From the NCBI GenBank assembly GCA_027023805.1, contig JALVUF010000056.1, forward strand, positions 11,732 through 75,731: 64,000 nt of DNA, given 5' to 3'. Shown here piece by piece: positions 18,713-29,093 of this stretch. The notes under the pieces are model-generated. The model saw only the letters and a program-made list of their open reading frames with translations. It did not search any database and was not told the origin of the DNA. A program made the position numbers and the translations under genes. The stretch comes from Helicobacteraceae bacterium (lineage in GTDB: Bacteria > Campylobacterota > Campylobacteria > Campylobacterales > Sulfurimonadaceae). The first letter of the stretch is position 1. Each line of letters starts with the position of its first letter.

Positions 18713-19614
18713 TAGCTATTGATTTGGGTTCAAATACTATTCGTTTTGTGGAGTATAACTGCAGTACAAAAACCTGGGGCGATAGTTATGAGGCGATTGT
18801 TAAAACTGCTGACAGACTGTTTTGTACAAACGAAATTAAAGAACAAGCGATTGAAAGAATTATAAATGCAATAAAGCATGCTAAAAATAAGCTTGATTTT
18901 CAAAACAATCAAGTCTTGGCAGTTGCCACCGCCGCTATGCGCTTGGCTGATAACGCTGCTGATGCTTTAGCAAAAATTAAAGTTCAAACCGGTATAAGTT
19001 TTAATATTATCAGTGGTAGCGATGAAGCTAAATATACGGTGTATGCGGTACAAAAAAGGCTTAATGCTTTACATGTAAAGACAAAAACATTTGTTTTGGT
19101 TGATATTGGCGGCGGTTCTACAGAGATAACTTTTGTAAATAATAACAACATAACTACAAATAGTTTTAATATTGGAATAGTTACATTAACACAACAAGCT
19201 TCAAATAACGGCAGATTAGACAATCTGTTAGATAATATCCTTAAAGATGTTAAGTTATTTATACGGGCTTATTATCAAAATAATATGCGACCTGAGTTGT
19301 TTGTGCAAACGGCAGGAACACCAACGACTCTTGCCGCATATTTGCAGGGTCTGGGGTATGATACTTATAATCCTGCTAAAATCAATGGTTTTGTTTTAAA
19401 ACAAAATGTATTAAAACAGGTAAAAAAAGAGTTGTTAGCCATGGATAAGCAAACACGTGCCAAATATGTCGGAACGGGTAGAGAAGACTTAATTATCACC
19501 GGAATTGATATTGTTAATCAAATATATGATATCTTAGGCTTTAAAGATGCAATAGTAATAGATGATAGTTTACGTGAAGGACTTGCTTTTTATTATTGCG
19601 ATAAATTAAAGTGA
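18709..19614 (+). CDS. Ppx/GppA-family phosphatase (short, N-terminal domains only)
   Basis: ASKHA-fold motifs 'IAIDLGSNTIRF' and 'LVDIGGGSTEI'. 301 aa. Confidence 0.75.
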   Translation: MIAIDLGSNTIRFVEYNCSTKTWGDSYEAIVKTADRLFCTNEIKEQAIERIINAIKHAKNKLDFQNNQVLAVATAAMRLADNAADALAKIKVQTGISFNIISGSDEAKYTVYAVQKRLNALHVKTKTFVLVDIGGGSTEITFVNNNNITTNSFNIGIVTLTQQASNNGRLDNLLDNILKDVKLFIRAYYQNNMRPELFVQTAGTPTTLAAYLQGLGYDTYNPAKINGFVLKQNVLKQVKKELLAMDKQTRAKYVGTGREDLIITGIDIVNQIYDILGFKDAIVIDDSLREGLAFYYCDKLK

Positions 19615-19677
19615 GTCTTAATCTAATTAACAGTTATATTTTTCTATAATCTTGATAATTTTTAACAAGGAGATGCT

Positions 19678-21372
19678 ATGAAGATTAGCGGTGCGCAGAT
19701 GGTTATTGAAGCATTAATAGCAGAAAATGTAGATACCGTTTTTGGTTATCCAGGCGGCGCTATTATGAATATTTATGATGAGATATATAAGCAAAATTCA
19801 TTTAAGCACATCCTGACAAGACATGAGCAAGCAGCCGTTCATGCTGCCGAGGGCTATGCTAAGGTCAGCGGAAAAGTCGGTGTCGCTATGATCACTAGCG
19901 GCCCCGGTTTTACAAACGCAGTTACAGGCTTGGCAGATGCGTATATGGATTCGGTTCCGTTAGTCGTTATAAGCGGACAGGTGCCTATGAGTTTGATTGG
20001 TACTGATGCTTTTCAAGAGATTGATGCAGTCGGTATCAGCCGTTCTTGCACAAAGCACAATTATCTAGTCACTGACGCAAAAGATTTGCCGCGCGTTTTA
20101 AAAGAAGCTTTTTATATAGCATCTTCAGGTCGTCCCGGTCCTGTGCATGTTGATATTCCTAAAGATATAACAGCTCAAATAGAAGTTTTTGATTACTCTA
20201 CGCCCACACATTTGGAGACATACAAGCCTACTGTTAAAGGCAATGTTCGCCAAATTAAAAAAGCTGTTATGGCTATTAAAGAGGCAAAAAGACCTCTTTT
20301 TTATATAGGTGGAGGAGCGATTAATTCTAATGCCGCACAAGAGGTTCGAGAATTGGTGAAAATGACCGGTATTCCTGCTGTTGAGACATTTATGGCTAGA
20401 GGAACGCTAAGATATGATGATCCGCTTTTGATCTCAATGCCTGGAATGCATGGTAGTTATGCCGCAAATATGGCAATGAGCGAGACAGATTTGATGATAT
20501 CTCTTGGCGCTAGATTTGATGACAGGGTAACAGGAAAGTTAAGCGAATTTGCAAAACATGCAAAGATTATACATGTAGATGTTGATCCTGCAAGTATTTC
20601 AAAAATAGTCAAAGTTGACTATCCGATAGTGGGTGATTTAAGGCATGTGGTAAAGAACATGATGGAGATAGCATCAAGTGTTATTGAGAAGGAACGCTAT
20701 GAGCCTTGGCTTGAAAGCGTAGAGCATTTTGATAAACTACACCCGCTTTCATATAAAGAAGATTCCGATAAATTAAAACCGCAGTGGGTTATACAAAGAG
20801 TAGGCGAGCTTTTAGGTGAGTGTGCAAATATTACAACTGATGTTGGTCAACACCAAATGTGGACTGCTCAGTTTTATCCATTTTCAAGACCCAGACAACT
20901 TATCAGTTCGGGTGGTTTAGGGACTATGGGCTTTGGTTTTCCAGCAGCCATCGGAGTAAAGGTAGCCGATTTTGAACGTGTTAGTATTAATATTACCGGC
21001 GATGGTTCGATTTTGATGAATATTCAAGAGCTTATGACGGCAGTTGAGAAAAAGATACCCGTTATTAATATTATATTAAATAATAATTTTTTGGGGATGG
21101 TAAGACAGTGGCAGACTCTTTTTTATGATAAAAGACACTCTGAGACCGATTTGAGTATGCAGCCTGATTTTGTTATGTTAGCCAGATCTTTTGGAGGAAT
21201 CGGATACGTTGTCCATACAAAAGAAGAGTTTGATGCTGCTTTAAATGATGCGGTTGAAAAAAATATCGTAGCTATGATAGATGTGCGCATAGATAGGTTT
21301 GAAAATGTTATGCCTATGGTGCCGTCAGGCGGTTCACTGTTTAATATGATGTTAGAATACAAGGAAAAATAG
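19678..21372 (+). CDS. ilvB: Acetolactate synthase large subunit
   Basis: 'FGYPGGAIMNIYD', 'SGPGFTNAVTGLADAYMDSVP' and the ThDP motif 'GDGSILMNIQEL...NN'. AAGGAG RBS. Confidence 0.9.
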   Translation: MKISGAQMVIEALIAENVDTVFGYPGGAIMNIYDEIYKQNSFKHILTRHEQAAVHAAEGYAKVSGKVGVAMITSGPGFTNAVTGLADAYMDSVPLVVISGQVPMSLIGTDAFQEIDAVGISRSCTKHNYLVTDAKDLPRVLKEAFYIASSGRPGPVHVDIPKDITAQIEVFDYSTPTHLETYKPTVKGNVRQIKKAVMAIKEAKRPLFYIGGGAINSNAAQEVRELVKMTGIPAVETFMARGTLRYDDPLLISMPGMHGSYAANMAMSETDLMISLGARFDDRVTGKLSEFAKHAKIIHVDVDPASISKIVKVDYPIVGDLRHVVKNMMEIASSVIEKERYEPWLESVEHFDKLHPLSYKEDSDKLKPQWVIQRVGELLGECANITTDVGQHQMWTAQFYPFSRPRQLISSGGLGTMGFGFPAAIGVKVADFERVSINITGDGSILMNIQELMTAVEKKIPVINIILNNNFLGMVRQWQTLFYDKRHSETDLSMQPDFVMLARSFGGIGYVVHTKEEFDAALNDAVEKNIVAMIDVRIDRFENVMPMVPSGGSLFNMMLEYKEK

Positions 21373-21843
21373 ATGGAAGCAGTAAGACGAGTAATTTCTG
21401 TGGTTGTATTAAATGAAGCAAGTGTTCTCTCTAGGATAACAGATCTTTTTTCAGGAAGAGGTTACAATATCACATCTTTAACAGTTGCTCCAATTCCTAA
21501 AAGTAAATATTCGCGCTTGACTATTGTGACATCAGGGTCTATGCGGGTAATTGAGCAGATTACAAAACAGCTTCATAAACTTATACCGGTTTTAAAGGTT
21601 ATAGAGCATTGTGATGCTGTTGAAAAAGAGATGGTTTTAGTAAAATTTTCAAGCGATAACAGTATAAGCGATATTGAGACGGTATGTAATGCATACAACG
21701 GAAAAATAGTTAATGCCGGTGATGGTTTTGTTATAGCTTTAGTAGCAGACGAATCACAAAGAATGGATAATTTTTTAGATGCTATAGAACATTTTCATCC
21801 TAAAGAGATTGTAAGAAGCGGTACTGTCGCGCTTGAGCGTTAA
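21373..21843 (+). CDS. ilvH: Acetolactate synthase small (regulatory) subunit
   Basis: ACT domain 'ISVVVLNEASVLSRITDLFSGRGYNITSLTV'. Immediately downstream of ilvB. Confidence 0.9.
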   Translation: MEAVRRVISVVVLNEASVLSRITDLFSGRGYNITSLTVAPIPKSKYSRLTIVTSGSMRVIEQITKQLHKLIPVLKVIEHCDAVEKEMVLVKFSSDNSISDIETVCNAYNGKIVNAGDGFVIALVADESQRMDNFLDAIEHFHPKEIVRSGTVALER

Positions 21844-21845
21844 AA

Positions 21846-22820
21846 ATGCTACTCTCAGAGATTGCTTCATCGCTTGATTGTGAATATTTTGGAGATAATG
21901 TTGATATCCATGGCATGAATGATCTTTTTCATGCAGGTAGTGGTGAATTAAGTTTTATAACCGATAAAAAATATATCCCGTCTTTAGCTTCTTTAAAAGC
22001 ATCTGCCGTTTTAATCTCAAAAGATTTACTTCAATATTTGCCTAATGATATTTCATCTATAGTGTGTGAAAATGTATCTTTATCTATGGCGTATGCTACA
22101 AAGCTTTTTGAACCCAACAAGATAGAGCCAATGGATAAGAAAACATCTATAGGCAAACAGACTTATATTGATAAAAACTGCAATATTGAACAGGGTGTTA
22201 TCATTGGAGATAACTGTACCATAATGGCAGGTGTATATCTTGGATCATGTGTTGTTGTAGGCAACAACACCGTTATCTATCCAAACGTCACCATATATAG
22301 AGATACCGTGATTGCCAATAATTGCATAATCCACTCAGGCAGTGTTATAGGTGCAGATGGATTTGGATTTGCCCATACCGCCGACGGACATCATATTAAA
22401 ATTTATCATACGGGTAATGCTGTTATTGAAGATGATGTTGAAATAGGTGCAAATTGTGCAGTTGACAGGGCTGTTTTTAACTCAACTGTTATTAAAAAAG
22501 GTGTAAAACTGGATAATTTTATCCATATAGGACACAACTGTGAGATAGGTGAGTATTGTTTACTAGTTGCTCAAAGCGGGGTAGGAGGCTCTACTACTTT
22601 GGGGAGAAACTGTGTAGTTAGCGGTCAAAGTGCTTTTGCAGATCACTTAGATATAGCTCCTTTTTCAACCTTTACGGCCAGAAGCGGAGCAACAAAGTCA
22701 ATTAAGCAACCAAATGGTATCTGGAGTGGTTATCCGTTAATGTCACATCAAAAATGGATGAAGCTTCAAATAAAAATAGCAAGATTATTAAAAGAAGAGA
22801 AATGGACATTAAACAAATAG
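21846..22820 (+). CDS. lpxD: UDP-3-O-acylglucosamine N-acyltransferase, copy 1
   Basis: Left-handed beta-helix hexapeptide repeats. 'GFGFAH', 'VEIGANCAVDRA' and the catalytic-region motif 'IGHNCEIGEY'. Confidence 0.85.
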   Translation: MLLSEIASSLDCEYFGDNVDIHGMNDLFHAGSGELSFITDKKYIPSLASLKASAVLISKDLLQYLPNDISSIVCENVSLSMAYATKLFEPNKIEPMDKKTSIGKQTYIDKNCNIEQGVIIGDNCTIMAGVYLGSCVVVGNNTVIYPNVTIYRDTVIANNCIIHSGSVIGADGFGFAHTADGHHIKIYHTGNAVIEDDVEIGANCAVDRAVFNSTVIKKGVKLDNFIHIGHNCEIGEYCLLVAQSGVGGSTTLGRNCVVSGQSAFADHLDIAPFSTFTARSGATKSIKQPNGIWSGYPLMSHQKWMKLQIKIARLLKEEKWTLNK

Positions 22821-23755
22821 CTGAGATTATAGGTGCAAAGTACAGTGGTCAATCTTTTGAGATCAAAAAAATAAATACCTTGCTAGATGCGCAGCCCTCG
22901 GAGATATCGTTTGTATCAAATGATAAATATGTTAAAGATATATATAAAACAAAAGCCGGTGCATTGATAGTTGACGGCAATAACGCAAACAAAGCCCCAT
23001 CTTCGGTAATTACGCTCGTTGTAGATGAGCCGTATGTTGCTATGGCAAAATTATCAAAATATTTTTCATCATCAATTGAGAGCAGTATAGATAAAAAAGC
23101 AGTTGTCGGCAAAGGCAGCATTGTATCTGAAAAAGCAGAATTAAGAAACAATGTAAACATCGGTAAAAACTGTCATATCATGGCAAATGTCTATTTGGGA
23201 GACAACGTAGTTATAAAAGATAATACTATACTTTATCCGGGTGTAGTTATTTATAGAGACTGCTATATCGGTTCAAATTGTATTGTTCATGCCAACAGTG
23301 TAATCGGTGGTGATGGATTTGGTTTTGCAACTTCTAAAACAGGTCAGCATATTAAAATCTATCAAAATGGAAATGTAATAATTGAAGATGATGTTGAGAT
23401 AGGTAGTTGCACCACTATAGATAGAGCTGCTCTTGGGAGTACGCTTATTAAAAAAGGTGTGCATATTGATAATCTCGTGCAAGTTGCACATAACTGTGAG
23501 GTGGGTGAATACAGTGTACTGGTATCACAAACCGGCTTGGCAGGTTCATCTAAGCTTGGACACCATGTCGTAATGGGCGGTCAAAGTGCCACGTCAGGTC
23601 ATCTTGAGATCGCACCTCTTACAACACTTGCTGCTAGAAGCGGTGTTACTAAATCAATCAAGACAAGCGGCAAGGTTTTTGGAGGATTTCCTTTGATGCA
23701 GCAGAAATCATGGTTGAAACTTCAGGCAAAATTGGCTAAACTATTAAAAACTTAA
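22802..23755 (+). CDS. lpxD: UDP-3-O-acylglucosamine N-acyltransferase, copy 2 (tandem paralog)
   Basis: Same architecture as copy 1: 'GFGFAT', 'VEIGSCTTIDRA', 'VAHNCEVGEY'. I chose the ATG at 22802 ('MDIKQIAEIIGA', a typical LpxD N-terminus). It overlaps copy 1 by 19 nt. Confidence 0.85.
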   Translation: MDIKQIAEIIGAKYSGQSFEIKKINTLLDAQPSEISFVSNDKYVKDIYKTKAGALIVDGNNANKAPSSVITLVVDEPYVAMAKLSKYFSSSIESSIDKKAVVGKGSIVSEKAELRNNVNIGKNCHIMANVYLGDNVVIKDNTILYPGVVIYRDCYIGSNCIVHANSVIGGDGFGFATSKTGQHIKIYQNGNVIIEDDVEIGSCTTIDRAALGSTLIKKGVHIDNLVQVAHNCEVGEYSVLVSQTGLAGSSKLGHHVVMGGQSATSGHLEIAPLTTLAARSGVTKSIKTSGKVFGGFPLMQQKSWLKLQAKLAKLLKT

Positions 23756-23766
23756 AAGGATACGTA

Positions 23767-23985
23767 ATGTCAGAAAACAAAATAGAATCGACAATAGCTC
23801 TTCACGGTACAAAAAAAGGAGTGATTTCAATTTCAAAAATCAAAGAGCCTTACGGCGAGGGAAGCGGTACAGTTGCCAGCATAGGTATTTCATTAGGGGG
23901 CAATACGGATGAACCGGATTGGAAAGTTCATATTCCAATTGAAAATCTAGAAGAGGTCGTTGCGGTTTTAAACACTCTCAAATAA
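23767..23985 (+). CDS. Hypothetical 72-aa protein
   Basis: AAAGGA RBS 6 nt upstream. Last gene of the ilv-lpxD string. No recognisable motif. Confidence 0.45.
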   Translation: MSENKIESTIALHGTKKGVISISKIKEPYGEGSGTVASIGISLGGNTDEPDWKVHIPIENLEEVVAVLNTLK

Positions 23986-23995
23986 AAGCTAAGAA

Positions 23996-24037
23996 ATAAA
24001 GTCTCTACCCGTTTTTTTACTGGCAAAGAGACTTTAT
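23996..24037. terminator. Possible bidirectional hairpin between convergent operons
   Basis: The 11-bp arms ATAAAGTCTCT / AGAGACTTTAT (23996-24006 and 24027-24037) are perfectly complementary. The 20-nt loop is larger than in canonical intrinsic terminators. Confidence 0.3.
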
Positions 24038-24054
24038 TGGCATATATTAATACT

Positions 24055-25221
24055 TTATTTTAATGTTGCTACATACTTTTTAATACGATTGATACCCTCT
24101 TCAATACTGCTTGTATCTGTAGCAAAACTAAACCTAAAATATCCTTCGCTTCCAAATCCAAGACCCGGAACAACGGCAACACCTGTTTTTTCAAGTAAAT
24201 CTTTGCAAAATGCAACCGAATCGTTACTCACTGATTTTATATTTACAAACAGATAAAACGCACCCATAGGAGATAAAACAGACAATCCGTCAATATCGTT
24301 AAATAGTCTAACTGCTGCATCTCTTCGTTTTTGAAACTCTAGTCGCATTTTTTCTACATCTTTATCGATACTTCCATTTAGTCCAAAAATAGCAGCTTTT
24401 TGCGTGATTGAATTAATATTTGATGTGCTTTGACTTTGAAGTTTTTTAGTAGCTTGTACAATATCTTCTCTATATGCCGCCATGTATCCAAATCTCCACC
24501 CCGTCATAGCCGCAGATTTGCTGAGTCCGTTTATCGTGATGGTACGTTTAAACATATCGTCACTGACAGATGCTGTTGATGTAAATTGTCCATCATATAT
24601 CAATTTTTCATACATCTCATCGCTTGCCACTAAGATATCTGTACCTTCTAAAATTTTTCCAATAGCAGTTAATTCATCTTTTGAATATATTGTACCTGTA
24701 GGATTAGAAGGGGATGTTAAAACAAGCATTTTTGTTTTATTTGTAATTGCATCTTTTAGTTGCCGGGGAGTCATTTTAAAATTTGTTGCATCTGTTGTTG
24801 CAATCTCTATCACCCTGCCGCCACAATATTTAACGATTTCAGGATATGTTACCCAGTATGGAGTCGGAATAATAACTTCATCTTCTTCTTCAATTACAAC
24901 TGAAAAAAGATTAAACAAAGACTGTTTGGCACCATTATTGACTATAACGCCTGCCATATTATATGCAAGGTTATTCTCTTTTTTAAGCTTATTGATAATA
25001 GCTTGTTTTAGCTCAGGGATTCCGTCAACTGCGGTATATTTTGTAAAACCCTCATTTATGGCTGTAATTGCTGCATCTTTGATGGGTCTTGGAGTATCAA
25101 AATCTGGCTCACCTGCAGAGAAGCTAAGTATATCTTTGCCCTCTGCTTTTAGATCTGCTGCAAGATTTGATACAGCTATAGTAATTGATGTCGAGAGTGC
25201 ATTGATGCGTTTTGTTAGCAT
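24055..25221 (-). CDS. Class I/II PLP aminotransferase (aspartate aminotransferase-like)
   Basis: 'SNPTGT', the PLP lysine motif 'NGLSKSAAMTGWRFGY', and 'FRFSFA' near the C-terminus. Confidence 0.85.
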   Translation of the reverse strand: MLTKRINALSTSITIAVSNLAADLKAEGKDILSFSAGEPDFDTPRPIKDAAITAINEGFTKYTAVDGIPELKQAIINKLKKENNLAYNMAGVIVNNGAKQSLFNLFSVVIEEEDEVIIPTPYWVTYPEIVKYCGGRVIEIATTDATNFKMTPRQLKDAITNKTKMLVLTSPSNPTGTIYSKDELTAIGKILEGTDILVASDEMYEKLIYDGQFTSTASVSDDMFKRTITINGLSKSAAMTGWRFGYMAAYREDIVQATKKLQSQSTSNINSITQKAAIFGLNGSIDKDVEKMRLEFQKRRDAAVRLFNDIDGLSVLSPMGAFYLFVNIKSVSNDSVAFCKDLLEKTGVAVVPGLGFGSEGYFRFSFATDTSSIEEGINRIKKYVATLK

Positions 25222-25328
25222 AAACTATACCTTATATTTTTTTCAGATTATACCAAAAAATACCCAATATTTTATGTTGCAAGATACTGGAATTGAATTA
25301 TATAAATAATTTTTTAAGAGGATTGGTG

Positions 25329-26030
25329 TTAGTTTTGCATAGATTGAATAAATGAATTATATATCTCTTCGAGTTTCAAATCTTTTTCTAAAATCTCTTT
25401 ATCATCTTGCATCATTATATGTTCTAGTATCGCAACGCGCTTTAAAAGGTATTCAAACATCTCTTTGTTGATATCTGGTAGTTTATTGTGCATAAATGGA
25501 TCTTTGCATCGTCCTTTTTCTATGGTATGTGCAGGAATTCCAATAGCAGTTGAATTTGGCGGAACATCCCTGACAACAACAGAGTTAGCACCTATTTTAG
25601 AGTTTTCCCCTATAGTTATGTTTCCTAAAACTTTTGCTCCCGCACCTACAACTACATGGTGTTTTATAGTTGGATGGCGTTTATGCATATCAAGACTCAC
25701 ACCACCAAGTGTCACACCCTGATAAATTAAGACATCATCTTCTATAATAGTTGTTTCACCGATAACCACGCCAAAACCATGATCTATAAAGACCCGTCTG
25801 CCTATGGTTGCTGCCGGGTGTATATCTATATTTGTCAAAATTTGATTAAAGCCCATTATTACTCTTGCCGTGCGCGTTAATCCAAGCTTGTGCAATTTAT
25901 TTGATATTCTATACCAAAATATAGCCCAAATACCCGGATAATTAAATAAAAAATTTAATTTTGATGTTAAAGCAGGGTCGTTATGATAGGCGTTTGAAAA
26001 ATCTTCTCTTATTTGTTTAAAAATACCCAA
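25329..26030 (-). CDS. cysE: Serine O-acetyltransferase
   Basis: 'DIHPAATIGRRVFIDHGFGVVIGETT' plus hexapeptide repeats. Confidence 0.9.
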   Translation of the reverse strand: MGIFKQIREDFSNAYHNDPALTSKLNFLFNYPGIWAIFWYRISNKLHKLGLTRTARVIMGFNQILTNIDIHPAATIGRRVFIDHGFGVVIGETTIIEDDVLIYQGVTLGGVSLDMHKRHPTIKHHVVVGAGAKVLGNITIGENSKIGANSVVVRDVPPNSTAIGIPAHTIEKGRCKDPFMHNKLPDINKEMFEYLLKRVAILEHIMMQDDKEILEKDLKLEEIYNSFIQSMQN

Positions 26031-26042
26031 AATTTTATCCTA

Positions 26043-27872
26043 TTAGTTTGTTGTATCTAAATATCCGTTTTGGTACATATATACTTCAAGTTTTTGTAGT
26101 GTATCATTTTTTTCTTCTTCTGTATTAAAATCATTTTGTGAAAGATTTGTTTTAAGCTGTAAAAGTAAATCTTTAGAATTATAGCCTATATCATCTAAAA
26201 TATCCATGATACTTATAGAGTCCTCAATGTTATCTAACGCAAATCCATCATCTGTTATAGTGACTGTGCATTCGCTAGGATGTTCAAATAAGTTGTGCTT
26301 CATGCCCAATGTTTCTTGATATGCTCCTATATTAAAAAAAGCAAGATAATAATCTTCATGATCCAAATCAACATCATGCAGATAAAGCGGTTTTGTAGGA
26401 TTGAAACCGATCTCTCCGTCACTATCGCATGTAATGTCCCACAGTGAAGCGGGTAAAATGGGCTTTATGTTAAGATGGTCTATCGGCATAACAGGAAATT
26501 CTTGACTTAACCCCCAATAATCAGGCAGGCTTTGAAAAATTGAGCAGTTTATGAGATATTTCTCCTGTAGGCGCTCTTGTAAGAGCCTTATCTCTTGTGT
26601 GGGATTATCCTGAGAGATATAAAGTGACTTTTTTATGATGTTATGAGCTAGAATTTCAGCATTTGATCTATCTTGCAGATCAATATATCCAAGGTCAAAA
26701 AGGGTTAATAGTGATTCTATATGATCAAGTGCATCATGAAGATATTCCATAGCATTTTTTGGAGTTAGTTGGCTATAAAGATCTTTTAGCTCGTCTATTA
26801 GCGGGGGATTAACTTCTTTGTATTTTAGATGCTTTAGTTGATAGTCTTGTGCAAAAAGCTCAAGAACAGGTGTAATCAAAACGCTGTGTGACGCTGCTAT
26901 AAATCTACCTGATTCTGTATAAATATTTGGATGTGTCACTGATTTGGCATCACTGATTTGACGAAGTAAAAAGACAACATCGTTGGAAAATTCTCTTATT
27001 GAGTAGTTGCGTTCAAAATCATTTTTATGCTGTGAGTATTGAACTGCCAAGCCACCGCCTATATTGATATTTTTTAGATGTTTTGCGCCCATTTTCTTTA
27101 GTTCTGCGTAGATATTGCCCGCTTCTCTTAAAGCTTTTTTCAAAGGTGAGATATCAGACATTTGTGAACCTATATGAAAATGAAGCATGGTAAATGCATG
27201 TAAGCAGTCGGCTTTTATTAAAAGCTCCATAGCTTCTAAAATCTCAGTAGAGGTTAAGCCAAATTTAGCATCCATTCCTCCGCTTTTTGCCCATGCACCG
27301 CTGCCTGAACTGTGCAGTCTTACTCTAATGCCAATATTTGGCATTTTTAAGTTTGTTGTCTGCGCAATTTGTAAAATAGTTTCAAGTTCGCCTAATCCTT
27401 CGATAGTGATTGTGATATTATGTCCACTTTGTGCTGCAATAAATCCAAGCTCTATAAGCTTTGCATCTTTAAAACCGTTGACTGTTATAGGATAGCCAAG
27501 CGGAGTATGGCTCATAGCCAGGATAAGTTCTGCTTTGGAGCCTGCTTCTAAACCATATCCTTTTTCTAAACCACTTTTTACGATAGAGCGTACAACATTT
27601 GGAAATTGATTTACTTTTAGAGGAAATACGGCGTTAAAACTTCCCTGATACTGATTATCTTTAATGGCCTCCGCAAATGCATCATAAAGAGTGTCTATCT
27701 GTTTTTTGATAAGATGTTCAAAGCGTAAAATTATAGGACCTTGAATACCTGAGAGTTGTACTTTTTTTGTAATCTCAAGAAGCGATGGCATGCTTTTATG
27801 GTTGATACACACTAAGCCGTCTTTAATGATAAAATTATCATTTCCCCAGATATTTATGCCGTAATTCTTCAT
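26043..27872 (-). CDS. speA: Biosynthetic arginine decarboxylase
   Basis: 609 aa. 'FPLKVNQ' (PLP lysine), 'HFHIGSQ', 'NIGGGLAV' and 'CDSDGEI'. Confidence 0.9.
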   Translation of the reverse strand: MKNYGINIWGNDNFIIKDGLVCINHKSMPSLLEITKKVQLSGIQGPIILRFEHLIKKQIDTLYDAFAEAIKDNQYQGSFNAVFPLKVNQFPNVVRSIVKSGLEKGYGLEAGSKAELILAMSHTPLGYPITVNGFKDAKLIELGFIAAQSGHNITITIEGLGELETILQIAQTTNLKMPNIGIRVRLHSSGSGAWAKSGGMDAKFGLTSTEILEAMELLIKADCLHAFTMLHFHIGSQMSDISPLKKALREAGNIYAELKKMGAKHLKNINIGGGLAVQYSQHKNDFERNYSIREFSNDVVFLLRQISDAKSVTHPNIYTESGRFIAASHSVLITPVLELFAQDYQLKHLKYKEVNPPLIDELKDLYSQLTPKNAMEYLHDALDHIESLLTLFDLGYIDLQDRSNAEILAHNIIKKSLYISQDNPTQEIRLLQERLQEKYLINCSIFQSLPDYWGLSQEFPVMPIDHLNIKPILPASLWDITCDSDGEIGFNPTKPLYLHDVDLDHEDYYLAFFNIGAYQETLGMKHNLFEHPSECTVTITDDGFALDNIEDSISIMDILDDIGYNSKDLLLQLKTNLSQNDFNTEEEKNDTLQKLEVYMYQNGYLDTTN

Positions 27873-27881
27873 CTTATCTGC

Positions 27882-29087
27882 TTATATAGTATCAAAATCT
27901 ATAACAGATTCGCTTTTTTGATATAGGTCTTTAATCCAGATTTTATGATCTTGAAATTCATTTTCTCCTATTATTGCACAATATCTTGCATTTTCTTTAT
28001 CTGCGGCTTTAAGATGCGCTTTTAGAGTGCGTGGCTTTAGTGATACAACGGCTTTTTGATTCTTGCGTTTTTTATAAGACAGGGATAATATCAGTGAGAT
28101 ATACTGCTCATCAAGTGCACCGAAATACCATCCGTCACGCTCATCTTCAGGTAGCTCAATTAGTTCTAGTAACCTCTCTACACCAATTGCAAATCCTACC
28201 GCAGGAGTCGCTTTGCCATCTAAAAATTCAACCAATCTGTCATATCTTCCGCCTCCTGCTATAGCATTTTGAGCACCAATGCCGCTGCTTATAAATTCAA
28301 AGGCTGTTTTACTGTAATAATCAAGTCCTCGAACCAAATTAGGATCAACTTCAAAATTAATATTATTTGATATCAATAAGTTTTGTAAAATTTTAAAATC
28401 CTCATCGCAGGAAGGACATAGATTATCAAGCAGTTTTGGCGCGTTTTCATATAATGTTTGGCATTTATTATTTTTACAATCAAGCACACGAATGGGGTTT
28501 GTGTCTTTTCTTCTAACACAGTCATCGCAGATATCATCTAGATGATTTTCTAAAAATTCCAGTAGATTTTCTCTATATTGCGGCATACAATTACTATCAC
28601 CCAATGAGTTTATCTTTAGTTTAAAATCTATATTAAGGTTATTTAAAATATCGCACACCATCATAATAATATTCATGTCTTCATAAACACTGATTTCACC
28701 AAAACTCTCAACTCCAAACTGATGAAATTCACGCAAACGGCCTTTTTGAGGACGCTCGTACCTAAACATGGGACCGTGATAAAAAAACTTATACTTTCCG
28801 CCGGCTTTATCTAGTTTATTTTGTATAAATGCACGCACCACTCCGGCAGTTCCCTCAGGACGAAGACACACATCATGTCCGCCTTTATCTATAAACTGAT
28901 ACATCTCTTTTCCGACTATATCGCTTGATTCACCGACAGAGCGTTTAAAAAGTGCAGTTTCTTCAAGAAGCGGTGTTTCTATATAACTGTAACCATAGTT
29001 TTGAGCCACATTTGTTGCGGTTTGTAAAAAATATTGAAATTTATTTGAGTCGATTATATCGTTCATGCCCCGTAATGATTTTACCAT
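27882..29087 (-). CDS. hisS: Histidine--tRNA ligase
   Basis: 'LRGMNDI', 'LRPEGTAGVVRA', 'FRYERPQKGRLREFHQ' and 'GGGRYD'. Confidence 0.95.
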   Translation of the reverse strand: MVKSLRGMNDIIDSNKFQYFLQTATNVAQNYGYSYIETPLLEETALFKRSVGESSDIVGKEMYQFIDKGGHDVCLRPEGTAGVVRAFIQNKLDKAGGKYKFFYHGPMFRYERPQKGRLREFHQFGVESFGEISVYEDMNIIMMVCDILNNLNIDFKLKINSLGDSNCMPQYRENLLEFLENHLDDICDDCVRRKDTNPIRVLDCKNNKCQTLYENAPKLLDNLCPSCDEDFKILQNLLISNNINFEVDPNLVRGLDYYSKTAFEFISSGIGAQNAIAGGGRYDRLVEFLDGKATPAVGFAIGVERLLELIELPEDERDGWYFGALDEQYISLILSLSYKKRKNQKAVVSLKPRTLKAHLKAADKENARYCAIIGENEFQDHKIWIKDLYQKSESVIDFDTI

Positions 29088-29093
29088 CTAATA

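Noticed and set aside
24482-25309. 275-aa ORF on the plus strand inside the aminotransferase gene
   Set aside because: It lies antisense to a gene with clear PLP-aminotransferase motifs. Its translation is low-complexity (Ser/Ile/Phe-rich) with no motif. This is typical of spurious antisense ORFs in AT-rich DNA.
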